From: an uncultured Bacilli bacterium
Lineage (GTDB): Bacteria > Bacillota_I > Bacilli_A > RF39 > UBA660
Direction of reading: 5' to 3'
NCBI GenBank assembly: GCA_947628915.1
Contig: CANRBR010000003.1
Span: 1 to 45,953, forward strand
DNA: 45,953 bases
How positions within the stretch are numbered: position 1 is the first letter of the stretch; the number at the start of each line of letters is the position of its first letter. Below, in pieces: positions 9,117-17,238 of this stretch. Made by a program: the position numbers and the translations under genes. The notes below the pieces were generated by a model. The model was not told the DNA's origin, did not search any database, and saw nothing but the letters and a program-made list of their open reading frames with translations.

Positions 9117-10040
9117 ATGACTTTAAATGAATACAAAAAAAATTTAAAAAACAAAGTAATTAATTATAGAGCTGACATTAAAATACCTTCTAATGTTACA
9201 TTTGGGGTTGAAATAGAATATGAAAATGCTGTTAAAGATAATATATCGTATTTTCTAAAAGAAATAGAGTATTACTATCCAAAATTTACTGGCTGGATTA
9301 ATGAAGTAGAGCCTGATATATCTGAATATAACAAACATGGAGATATTATTAATGGCGAGATTTCTTCTCCAATATTAAAAAATGACTTAAAAACATGGAA
9401 AGAGTTGAAACTGGTTTTGGAGTTGCTAAAAAGAAATGGTGCGATTACAACCGAAAAATGTGGTGGGCATGTAAATATAGGTGCGCAGATATTTGATGGG
9501 AATTCCAATTATTTTAGAAATTTCATTTTACTTTGGATATTATATAATAAAGAAATATATATATTTTCAAGTGGTGAATATTCTAAGGTAAGATCTGATT
9601 TAAACTCAGTTATAAAAATGACAGCGAGTTTATTTAAGAAAAATATTGGTAGTATTTTAAATTCTAGTGATAACTTTATTTACTATTTGAGTAATATTTT
9701 AAATATCATACCAAATAAAAGTTATGATATACATTTAAGTGATATAGTAAGTACAAAATATAGACCAAATAATGTTATAGAATTTAGAGTACCAAATGGA
9801 ACACTTAAAGAAGAAATTTGGCAAAACTACATAAACTTCTTTGTTAAATTTATACTCGCATGTAAAAAAGATTTAGATATAGAAAAAATTCTATATAAAA
9901 TAAAGAATGATGAACACTCACTAATAGAACTTTCTGATTTCGTGTTTAGTGATGATATCGATAAAGAAAACTTTTTAATACAAACACTTAAAACAAATAA
10001 AATATATAAAAAGGAATTACCAAGGCATTTACACTCTTAA
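9117..10040 (+). CDS. Amidoligase-family (COOH-NH2 ligase-like) protein
   Basis: TFGVEIEY, GEISSPIL, CGGHVNIG, IEFRVPNGT motifs. Confidence 0.8.
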   Translation: MTLNEYKKNLKNKVINYRADIKIPSNVTFGVEIEYENAVKDNISYFLKEIEYYYPKFTGWINEVEPDISEYNKHGDIINGEISSPILKNDLKTWKELKLVLELLKRNGAITTEKCGGHVNIGAQIFDGNSNYFRNFILLWILYNKEIYIFSSGEYSKVRSDLNSVIKMTASLFKKNIGSILNSSDNFIYYLSNILNIIPNKSYDIHLSDIVSTKYRPNNVIEFRVPNGTLKEEIWQNYINFFVKFILACKKDLDIEKILYKIKNDEHSLIELSDFVFSDDIDKENFLIQTLKTNKIYKKELPRHLHS

Positions 10041-10049
10041 TTCCTTTTT
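10008..10049 (+). terminator. Possible terminator overlapping the amidoligase gene end
   Basis: AAAAAGGAATTA...TAATTCCTTTTT with a large loop. Confidence 0.5.
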
Positions 10050-10107
10050 ATTTATATTATTTATTGTAATTGAATATAATTATGGTATAATTAGAGTAGG
10101 TGATTGA

Positions 10108-11190
10108 ATGAAAGTCATAATAAGTGCGGGAGGTACAGGAGGACATATTTATCCTGCTCTTGCTATTATAAATAAGATAAAAGAAGTAGAACCTAAATCA
10201 GAATTTTTATATATAGGCACACATAACAGAATGGAAAACGACATAGTACCTAAAAAAGGTATTCCTTTTAAACCTATAGAAATATATGGATTTAATAGAC
10301 ATAATTTACTTAAAAACTTTAAAACTATTAAGTGTTTAATTAAAGCAAAAAAAGAATGCGCAAAAATAATAAAAGAGTTTAAACCTGATATAGTTATAGG
10401 TGTTGGTGGATATGTTACAGTACCAGTTATAATGGCTGCTCATAAACTTAAAATTAAGACATTTATACACGAACAAAATAGTATTGCTGGAAAGGCAAAC
10501 ATCACACTTTCTAAATACGCAGATTTAATAGGTGTATCATTTAAAAGTAGTATGAAAGACTTTCCAAGTGAAAAGGCCATATTTACAGGTAATCCTTGCG
10601 GGGAGGACGCACTTAAAACTAGTGCATCAGATAAAAAAGAATTTAAACTATCTATAAATAAAAAACTAGTACTATTTGTAATGGGCTCACTAGGAGCATC
10701 TAAAGTAAACGAATTTTTAGTTAAATGTATGCCTAAATTTAAAAATAAGGACTATGAAATACTTTATGTAACAGGAAATAGCGATTATGATAGTATTATT
10801 AAAAATAAATTTCCAAGTAATGTTAAAGTAGTTCAATATGTAGATACACTATCAAGAGTAATGAAAGTAACAGATTTAATAGTAACACGCGCAGGAGCAT
10901 CCACATTAAGTGAGGTAATTGCCTTAGATTTACCTTCAATACTAATTCCAAGTCCATATGTACCAAACAATCATCAATATAAAAATGCACTTGACCTTGT
11001 AAATAACAATGCCGCACTTTTACTTGAAGAAAAGGATTTAGACGAAGAAAAATTAGTTAGTATGATAGATAGTGTGATTAATGATGATAAGAAACTAAAA
11101 GATATGAAAAACAACCTTAAATCATTAAAAGTAAATGACAGTGCGAAAATAATATACGATAATATTAAAAAATTAATAGACAGGAAGTAA
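10108..11190 (+). CDS. murG: Lipid II GlcNAc transferase MurG
   Basis: GGTGGHIYPA, HEQNSIAG, GSLGA, RAGASTLSE, HQYKNA. Confidence 0.98.
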   Translation: MKVIISAGGTGGHIYPALAIINKIKEVEPKSEFLYIGTHNRMENDIVPKKGIPFKPIEIYGFNRHNLLKNFKTIKCLIKAKKECAKIIKEFKPDIVIGVGGYVTVPVIMAAHKLKIKTFIHEQNSIAGKANITLSKYADLIGVSFKSSMKDFPSEKAIFTGNPCGEDALKTSASDKKEFKLSINKKLVLFVMGSLGASKVNEFLVKCMPKFKNKDYEILYVTGNSDYDSIIKNKFPSNVKVVQYVDTLSRVMKVTDLIVTRAGASTLSEVIALDLPSILIPSPYVPNNHQYKNALDLVNNNAALLLEEKDLDEEKLVSMIDSVINDDKKLKDMKNNLKSLKVNDSAKIIYDNIKKLIDRK

Positions 11191-11192
11191 TT

Positions 11193-12089
11193 ATGAATAT
11201 AATTAAAGATATTAAAAGTTTAAATGTAGGTAGAGTAGATAGCAATTACTATCTAAAAGACCACACTACATATAAAGTTGGGGGTAAGGCTATATGTGCG
11301 GTATCTCCTGAAGATGAGAAAAAACTTATAGACTTACTTATGTATTTAAAAGAAAATAATATAAAATATAAAGTACTAGGTAATGGCTCTAACGTTATAT
11401 TTAATAGTTCTAACTACGATGGGGTAATAATTAAACTAGATAACTTTAATAGTCTAAAAATAATTAATAATAAAATTATTGTAGGTGCGGGATACCCATT
11501 AAATAAACTTGCAATAAGAGTATCTAGACTAGGTCTTACTGGGCTTGAATTTGCAACAGGTATACCAGGTACTGTGGGTGGCGCAGTATATATGAATGCA
11601 GGAGCCTATAAAACAGATATGGGTTATATAGTTACAAGTGTTAAAGTACTCACACCAGATTATAAAATAAAGACTATGACTAATAAAGAGTTAGACTTTC
11701 ATTATAGAACATCTTTCTTACAAAAAAATAGAGGTTATATATGTATAGAGGCAACACTCACCCTTATTAAAGGTAATACTGATGAGATAATGGAGTTAAT
11801 AGAAGAAAGAAAGATGAGAAGATTAGAAACACAACCATTAGAATATCCATCTGCAGGTTCGGTATTTAGAAATCCAGAAGGGGACTTTGCAGGTAGATTA
11901 ATAGAAGAAATTGGCTATAAGGGAAAAAGTATTGGTGGTGCGATGGTTAGTTTAAAACATGCTAACTTTATAATAAATACAGGTAATGCTAAGGGTGAAG
12001 ACATTAAAAAACTTATTATGGAAATAAAAGATAAAGTAAAAGAAAAGTATAATATAGATTTAAAAGTTGAACAAGAATTTGTAGAATAG
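11193..12089 (+). CDS. murB: UDP-N-acetylmuramate dehydrogenase MurB
   Basis: GNGSNV, GIPGTVGGAVYMNAGAY, PSAGSVFRNP, KHANFIIN. Confidence 0.98.
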   Translation: MNIIKDIKSLNVGRVDSNYYLKDHTTYKVGGKAICAVSPEDEKKLIDLLMYLKENNIKYKVLGNGSNVIFNSSNYDGVIIKLDNFNSLKIINNKIIVGAGYPLNKLAIRVSRLGLTGLEFATGIPGTVGGAVYMNAGAYKTDMGYIVTSVKVLTPDYKIKTMTNKELDFHYRTSFLQKNRGYICIEATLTLIKGNTDEIMELIEERKMRRLETQPLEYPSAGSVFRNPEGDFAGRLIEEIGYKGKSIGGAMVSLKHANFIINTGNAKGEDIKKLIMEIKDKVKEKYNIDLKVEQEFVE

Positions 12090-12097
12090 GTGATTAA

Positions 12098-12784
12098 ATG
12101 GCTAAGAGTAAAAAGAAGGGTAAAAAAAGAAAATTAAATAAAAAAAGATTTTTTATAGTATTAATAGTCTTTTTACTTTTAGTTTTATTTATTTATAAGT
12201 TATTTAATACTAATATAAAAAATATTGTTATAAAAGGTAATGACTTTTTAACTGACCAAGAGATTATAGATATAGCAGGATTAAAAGATTATCCAAATAG
12301 TATTAATAACTTATCGTTTAATATAAAAGATAAATTAGAAAAAAATACTTATATATTAAAGGCTAAAGTTACTAAAAAGAACTTTATAAGTAAAGTATAT
12401 ATAGAGGTTAAAGAAAACTATCCATTATTCTTTTATCAAGTAGAAGATAAGACTGTTTTATATAATGGTGATAAAGTAGTAAATAAGTTTACTATTCCTA
12501 CTGTTATAAATCAAATACCAAATACTATTTATGATGAGTTTTTAAAGAATATGGAAAGTGTAGATAAAGATATATTAAATAGAATGTCTGAGATTGAGTA
12601 TGCTCCTAATGATGTAGATGAAGAAAGATTCTTTATACTTATGAATGATGGTAATTATGTATATTTAACTTTAAATAAATTCTTATCTATTAATAAATAT
12701 GTAAGTATAATTAAGTCATTTGATAATAAAAAAGGGATATTATATTTAGATAGTGGGGAATACTTTGAGGTGTTTCATGAATGA
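12098..12784 (+). CDS. divIB: Cell division protein DivIB/FtsQ
   Basis: Basic N-terminus, single TM helix, POTRA-like region, MNDGN motif. Follows murG-murB. Confidence 0.88.
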   Translation: MAKSKKKGKKRKLNKKRFFIVLIVFLLLVLFIYKLFNTNIKNIVIKGNDFLTDQEIIDIAGLKDYPNSINNLSFNIKDKLEKNTYILKAKVTKKNFISKVYIEVKENYPLFFYQVEDKTVLYNGDKVVNKFTIPTVINQIPNTIYDEFLKNMESVDKDILNRMSEIEYAPNDVDEERFFILMNDGNYVYLTLNKFLSINKYVSIIKSFDNKKGILYLDSGEYFEVFHE

Positions 12785-13304
12785 TGATATTAAACTTGTC
12801 CCACTAAAAGACTGTATCACAAGAGATTTATATGAAATGTATAAAGATATTCCAAAAGAGGAATTAGGTTCTTTAAATCCACTTAATAATGTTAGTTTTG
12901 ATGAGTTTAAAAATATATGTAGTAATTATTTAAAAGAAGAAAAAGAGATTAATAAAAGTATAAATACAACAACTTCAAGATATATACTATTTTGTAATAA
13001 TAGACCTATTGGAGAAATTGGAATAAGGACTACACTAAATGAGTATTGGATTAATAAAGGAAGTCAAATATATTATAAAATAAGGTTATCAGAGCGTGGT
13101 AAAGGATATGGTAATATAATACTTAAATTAGGGCTTGAAAAGGCAAAGGAACTTGGATTTAAAAGTATTAGAATAAATTGTAATAATGATAATATAATAT
13201 CTAAAAAAGTTATTTTAAGTAATGGTGGTATAGTAGATATTGATAGTTATAAAACTAAAGATGGATATAGTTCAAGTTATATAATAGATTTAAAGGATAA
13301 GTAA
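12777..13304 (+). CDS. GNAT-family N-acetyltransferase
   Basis: IRLSERGKGYG acetyl-CoA motif, NIISKKVILSNGG. ATG 12777 after GAGGTG. Confidence 0.88.
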   Translation: MNDDIKLVPLKDCITRDLYEMYKDIPKEELGSLNPLNNVSFDEFKNICSNYLKEEKEINKSINTTTSRYILFCNNRPIGEIGIRTTLNEYWINKGSQIYYKIRLSERGKGYGNIILKLGLEKAKELGFKSIRINCNNDNIISKKVILSNGGIVDIDSYKTKDGYSSSYIIDLKDK

Positions 13305-13319
13305 AATGCTTATCTTTTT
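13244..13319 (+). repeat. 76-bp direct repeat, copy 1 (GNAT 3' end plus terminator)
   Basis: Matches 14038-14113 with 3 mismatches. Ends in the hairpin GATAAGTA-AAA-TGCTTATC plus T tract. Confidence 0.95.
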
Positions 13320-13337
13320 AAATACATGATGGTGAAT

Positions 13338-13365
13338 TTGACTTTTTTTAAAAAATGTGTATAAT
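13338..13365 (+). promoter_or_regulatory. Sigma-A promoter
   Basis: TTGACT-N16-TATAAT. Confidence 0.65.
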
Positions 13366-13392
13366 ATATACACGAAATGGGGGGAATAATTT

Positions 13393-14040
13393 ATGGATAA
13401 AGCAATGATAGAAATAGAAAAATTAAAAGAGGAAATTAAATTACTAAAAGAAGAAAAAAGAGAAAATTCTGAAAAACAAAACGAATTGGAAAATGATTTA
13501 AGCGTTTATAATCGCGTAACTTCTGGAAAAAAACATTTTATGAAAGAATTAAAAATTTTGAAAATTAAAAAAGCAATGTTATATTCAATTTATGCTATAT
13601 TATGTTCATTAATGCTTTTAGGTGGTATTGTAGGGAGTTTTTTGAATCCAACTATTGGTGGATTGCTTGTATTTATTGGTGCAGTCTCACTTATAGTAAA
13701 TGAAATTCCTAATATTGGAACACCAACTGGAGATAGAATAATAGATTCTGCTGTAGGCAATGTACAATCAGATATAAATGAAATTAAAGAAAAATTTGAA
13801 AAAGCTAAAGAAGTAGTTAAAAATAGAACAAAATATGAAAATGATTTATCTGAGTTAAAAGTTAGAGACGAAGAAATAACTGATAGTATAAATGATAAAA
13901 ATAATAGAATTACTAAATTAGAAAATTTAAGAAAAGAAGTTATAGAAAAATTTTCACCAACATTAGAACAAAAAATAAGTATTAGTTATGAAAATTTTGA
14001 AGAAGAAAATACTAAAGCAAAAATGAAAATAAAAAGTTAG
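13393..14040 (+). CDS. Hypothetical coiled-coil protein with two central hydrophobic helices
   Basis: Heptad-rich flanks around a hydrophobic hairpin (AMLYSIYAILCSLMLLGG..., IGGLLVFIGAVSLIV). Ends KAKMKIKS. Confidence 0.75.
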   Translation: MDKAMIEIEKLKEEIKLLKEEKRENSEKQNELENDLSVYNRVTSGKKHFMKELKILKIKKAMLYSIYAILCSLMLLGGIVGSFLNPTIGGLLVFIGAVSLIVNEIPNIGTPTGDRIIDSAVGNVQSDINEIKEKFEKAKEVVKNRTKYENDLSELKVRDEEITDSINDKNNRITKLENLRKEVIEKFSPTLEQKISISYENFEEENTKAKMKIKS

Positions 14041-14113
14041 TTATAAAACTAAAGTGGGATATAGTTCAAGTTATATAATAGATTTAAAGGATAAGTAAAA
14101 AGCTTATCTTTTT
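14038..14113 (+). repeat. 76-bp direct repeat, copy 2
   Basis: Offset 794 bp from copy 1. Its first three bases are the TAG stop of the enclosed gene. Confidence 0.95.
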
Positions 14114-14194
14114 TGTATAAATTATATAATAATTATAATTGAAAAAAACAGTTATTTATAATATAATTGTTTTGTAGAAAGGATGGTAATAAGC

Positions 14195-14665
14195 ATGTAT
14201 GAAATAGAAAGAAAATATTTAGTAAAAAATCTTCCTGAAAATATTGATAAATTAAGGTTTTCAATAATTAAGCAAGGATATTTAAACACATCATCTGAAC
14301 CAATACTTAGGATAAGGCAAAAGGATAATGACTATTTTTTAACATATAAATTTTCAAGTGATGATCAAAAATCAAAAAAATATAATATTTGTACAGAGTA
14401 TGAACTTCCAATAACTAAAGAAGCTTTTGAACATTTGTCATTAAAAGTAGATGGGAAAATGATTATAAAGAGAAGATATTATATAGATTTTAACGATTTA
14501 ACTTTAGAACTTGATATTTTTGAAGGTGATCTTAATGGGTTACAGATTGTTGAAGTTGAGTTTGAATCAGAAGAACAAGCAGAGAGTTTTGTTAAGCCTA
14601 AATGGTTTGGTAAAGATGTATCAAAAGATCCTAAGTATAGAAATTCTAATCTTTCAAATAGATAA
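14195..14665 (+). CDS. CYTH-domain protein
   Basis: EIERKYLV, QGYL, LRIRQ, ELDIFEG, VEVEF, PKWFGKDVS. Confidence 0.92.
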   Translation: MYEIERKYLVKNLPENIDKLRFSIIKQGYLNTSSEPILRIRQKDNDYFLTYKFSSDDQKSKKYNICTEYELPITKEAFEHLSLKVDGKMIIKRRYYIDFNDLTLELDIFEGDLNGLQIVEVEFESEEQAESFVKPKWFGKDVSKDPKYRNSNLSNR

Positions 14666-14699
14666 ACAATTTTAATTCATAATTTTAGTTGGTGAGAAT

Positions 14700-16460
14700 G
14701 TGCAAAAGAAACAAAATTTAGTAAAAAGAATATATCAAATGTTGAGTACAAGACAAAAAATAAATTTTATAATAATTATCATTATAATGATTTTATCTGC
14801 GTTCTTAAGTCAGTTACTTCCACTTTCTATAGGTAACTTAACAGATAATATATTAAATCAACAAAATTTATCATTTACAAAAGTTATACCTTTTTTAATA
14901 TTTATATTAACAGTAACAGTAGTAAATGAAATAATAAAAGTAATACGTCATTTAATTGTAGAAGATACATGTACTAGGTGTGAAAAGAATGCTAGAAAAG
15001 ATGCAGTAAATTCCTTATTACACGCACCTTTATCATATTTTAAAGAAAACATGACAGGTAATATTCATGGTAAATTAAATAGAAGTTTGGAAGGAACAAT
15101 AAAATTATTAAAACTATTATTTATGGATTTTGCACCTGCAATATTTAGTGGGATTGCTGCTATTATAGTAATATTTACTAAGTTGCCACTTTTTCTATCA
15201 ATACTTATGCTATTTGTTATTCCAATAGGAGTTGCTATTGTATATAGACAAATATCTACTCAAAAAGGTATTAGAGTTGAATTGTTAGAAGAAAAGTCTT
15301 CAATGGATGGTGTGATGGTTGAATTAATAAATGGAATAGAAGTAATAAGAGTTACTGATAGTGCGGAAAGTGAAGTTGATAGATTTAAAGATAAGTCTGA
15401 ATACTTAAGAATAAAAGAAATGAAACATCATAAATCTATGGCATTTTACGATTGTTTAAAATTTATAAATGAAGCTATATTTACTGTATTAGTAATAGGT
15501 GCCTCTGCATATCTAGCAGGAGAGGGAGTTATAAGTGTTGGTACTGTATTAACTGCATATTTATGTTTTACGCAACTAACAACTCCTATTCGTGAACTAC
15601 ACCGTATATTTGATGAGTTATCTGAGTCTTTAATACTTGCTAGGGAATACTTTAATATAATTGATTTAGAAAAAGACTTTTCATATAGAAAAAACATAAG
15701 TAATAATAATGATATTAAATCAAAGTCGTTTATACAAGTAAAAAATGTATATTTTAAATATAAAAATAGTGATAAAGATGTAATATCAAATCTAAATATA
15801 GATATAAATAAAGGAGAGTTTATAGGTATAGCAGGTCCTAGTGGATGTGGTAAATCTTCATTTATAAAATTATTAACTAAGTTAGAAAAAAATACATCAG
15901 GCAATATTACTATCGATGGAAAAAATATAGAAAATTTATCACGTAAAAATATTTCTGATATTATCGCATTAGTACCCCAGACACCTTTTATTATAGCAGG
16001 TACTATAAAAGAAAATATTTGTTATGGAATTAATAGAAAAGTTAGTGATGAAGAAATTAAGCAGTCTGCAAGTAAAGCATATATAGATGATTTTATAGAA
16101 TCTCTTCCTAATGGTTATGATACTATTATTTCTGAAGGTGGGAGTAATTTATCAGGTGGACAAAAACAAAGAATAGCAATAGCAAGAATATTTTTAAGAA
16201 AGCCTAAAATTTTAATACTAGATGAGGCAACAAGCGCACTAGATAATACTTCAGAAAAATATATTCAAAAACAAATAGAGAAGTTACAAAAAGAGAATAA
16301 TACATCAATAATATCAATAGCCCATAGGTTAACAACACTTCAAAATTGTGATTCTATATTAGTATTTGATAAAGGACAGATTGTACAAAGAGGAAAGTAT
16401 AATGAATTAATAGAGACTAATGGAATATTTCAAGATATGTATAATGGTAAGTTAAAGTAA
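14700..16460 (+). CDS. ABC exporter, fused permease/ATPase
   Basis: N-terminal TM domain. GPSGCGKS, LSGGQKQRIAIAR, LDEATSALD, IAHRL. Confidence 0.95.
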   Translation: MQKKQNLVKRIYQMLSTRQKINFIIIIIIMILSAFLSQLLPLSIGNLTDNILNQQNLSFTKVIPFLIFILTVTVVNEIIKVIRHLIVEDTCTRCEKNARKDAVNSLLHAPLSYFKENMTGNIHGKLNRSLEGTIKLLKLLFMDFAPAIFSGIAAIIVIFTKLPLFLSILMLFVIPIGVAIVYRQISTQKGIRVELLEEKSSMDGVMVELINGIEVIRVTDSAESEVDRFKDKSEYLRIKEMKHHKSMAFYDCLKFINEAIFTVLVIGASAYLAGEGVISVGTVLTAYLCFTQLTTPIRELHRIFDELSESLILAREYFNIIDLEKDFSYRKNISNNNDIKSKSFIQVKNVYFKYKNSDKDVISNLNIDINKGEFIGIAGPSGCGKSSFIKLLTKLEKNTSGNITIDGKNIENLSRKNISDIIALVPQTPFIIAGTIKENICYGINRKVSDEEIKQSASKAYIDDFIESLPNGYDTIISEGGSNLSGGQKQRIAIARIFLRKPKILILDEATSALDNTSEKYIQKQIEKLQKENNTSIISIAHRLTTLQNCDSILVFDKGQIVQRGKYNELIETNGIFQDMYNGKLK

Positions 16461-16473
16461 TAAATGCTTTAGT

Positions 16474-16496
16474 TATTTCATACATAAAGAGTTGTA
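16474..16496 (+). repeat. 23-bp direct repeat, copy 1
   Basis: TATTTCATACATAAAGAGTTGTA matches 17072-17094 at 21/23 positions. Confidence 0.8.
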
Positions 16497-16523
16497 ATAA
16501 AAAAAATATAAGGAGTAATTTTA

Positions 16524-17015
16524 ATGGTATATTTAGTTAAACAAAATTATAAAGAAAATAAAAAACTGTATAAAAGGATAGAGCAAAATTTAAGAAAAGT
16601 TTTACTTAAAAATGTACAAATTGAACATGTTGGCTCAACAGCAATACCCAATATGTATGGAAAAAATATAATAGATATATTAATAGGCGTGGAAAACAAT
16701 TCTGAGTTTGAAAATATAAGTAATATATTAGAAGATAATAATTATATATCCAGTGAGAAAAGTAAGACTGATATATATAAATTTTTTGCATCTACTTCAA
16801 ATGAGACAGAATCAGGAGATATACATATTCATTTAGTAATTAAGAATACACAAAGATTTAATGATTATATAATACTCAGAAATTATTTACTTAGCAATAA
16901 AAAAGAAGCAAAAAATTATTCTGATTTAAAAAGAAAATTAATAAATGATGGTGTAACAGATAGAAAAGAATACAAAAAGAAAAAGAGCGAATATGTATCT
17001 AACTTACTTGACTGA
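16524..17015 (+). CDS. GrpB-family nucleotidyltransferase-like protein, probably slightly truncated
   Basis: IEHVGSTAIP, KNIIDILIGV, HIHLV, LRNYL. The frame continues past TGA as ARKFIDK to TAA at 17037-17039. Confidence 0.88.
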   Translation: MVYLVKQNYKENKKLYKRIEQNLRKVLLKNVQIEHVGSTAIPNMYGKNIIDILIGVENNSEFENISNILEDNNYISSEKSKTDIYKFFASTSNETESGDIHIHLVIKNTQRFNDYIILRNYLLSNKKEAKNYSDLKRKLINDGVTDRKEYKKKKSEYVSNLLD

Positions 17016-17030
17016 GCTCGTAAATTTATT

Positions 17031-17056
17031 GATAAGTAAAATGCTTATCCTTTTTT
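17031..17056 (+). terminator. Third copy of the GATAAGTAAAATGCTTATC hairpin
   Basis: 19-mer identical to 13296-13314, followed by CTTTTTT. Confidence 0.85.
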
Positions 17057-17071
17057 ATGCATAAAAATGGC

Positions 17072-17094
17072 TATTTCATACATAAGAAGTTGTA
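17072..17094 (+). repeat. 23-bp direct repeat, copy 2
   Basis: TATTTCATACATAAGAAGTTGTA, offset 598 bp from copy 1. Confidence 0.8.
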
Positions 17095-17181
17095 TTTATA
17101 ACAAATAAATAGTATTTTACTTGTAATTTGTTTGAGAAGTGTGTTACAATAAAGGTGTAATGGTAAACATATCAAGATGCA

Positions 17182-17210
17182 TTGACAAACAGTATATATA
17201 GTGATAATAT
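17182..17210 (+). promoter_or_regulatory. Sigma-A promoter
   Basis: TTGACA-N17-TAATAT with TGn. The TTG start in the ORF track is really this -35 box. Confidence 0.6.
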
Positions 17211-17238
17211 AAAAACTAATTTGAACGGGGGAATAATG

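Noticed and set aside
17013-17015. Genetic code 4 (TGA = Trp) suggested by the in-frame TGA in grpB
   Set aside because: Other genes end cleanly in TGA (sufD, divIB, deoB and alkD-like, the last two via ATGA overlaps), Trp is encoded by TGG, and long core genes have no internal TGA.
13244-17094. CRISPR array or classical attC array
   Set aside because: Repeats are few, gene-spaced and of unequal length. No cas genes are present and I found no clear RYYYAAC/GTTRRRY ends.
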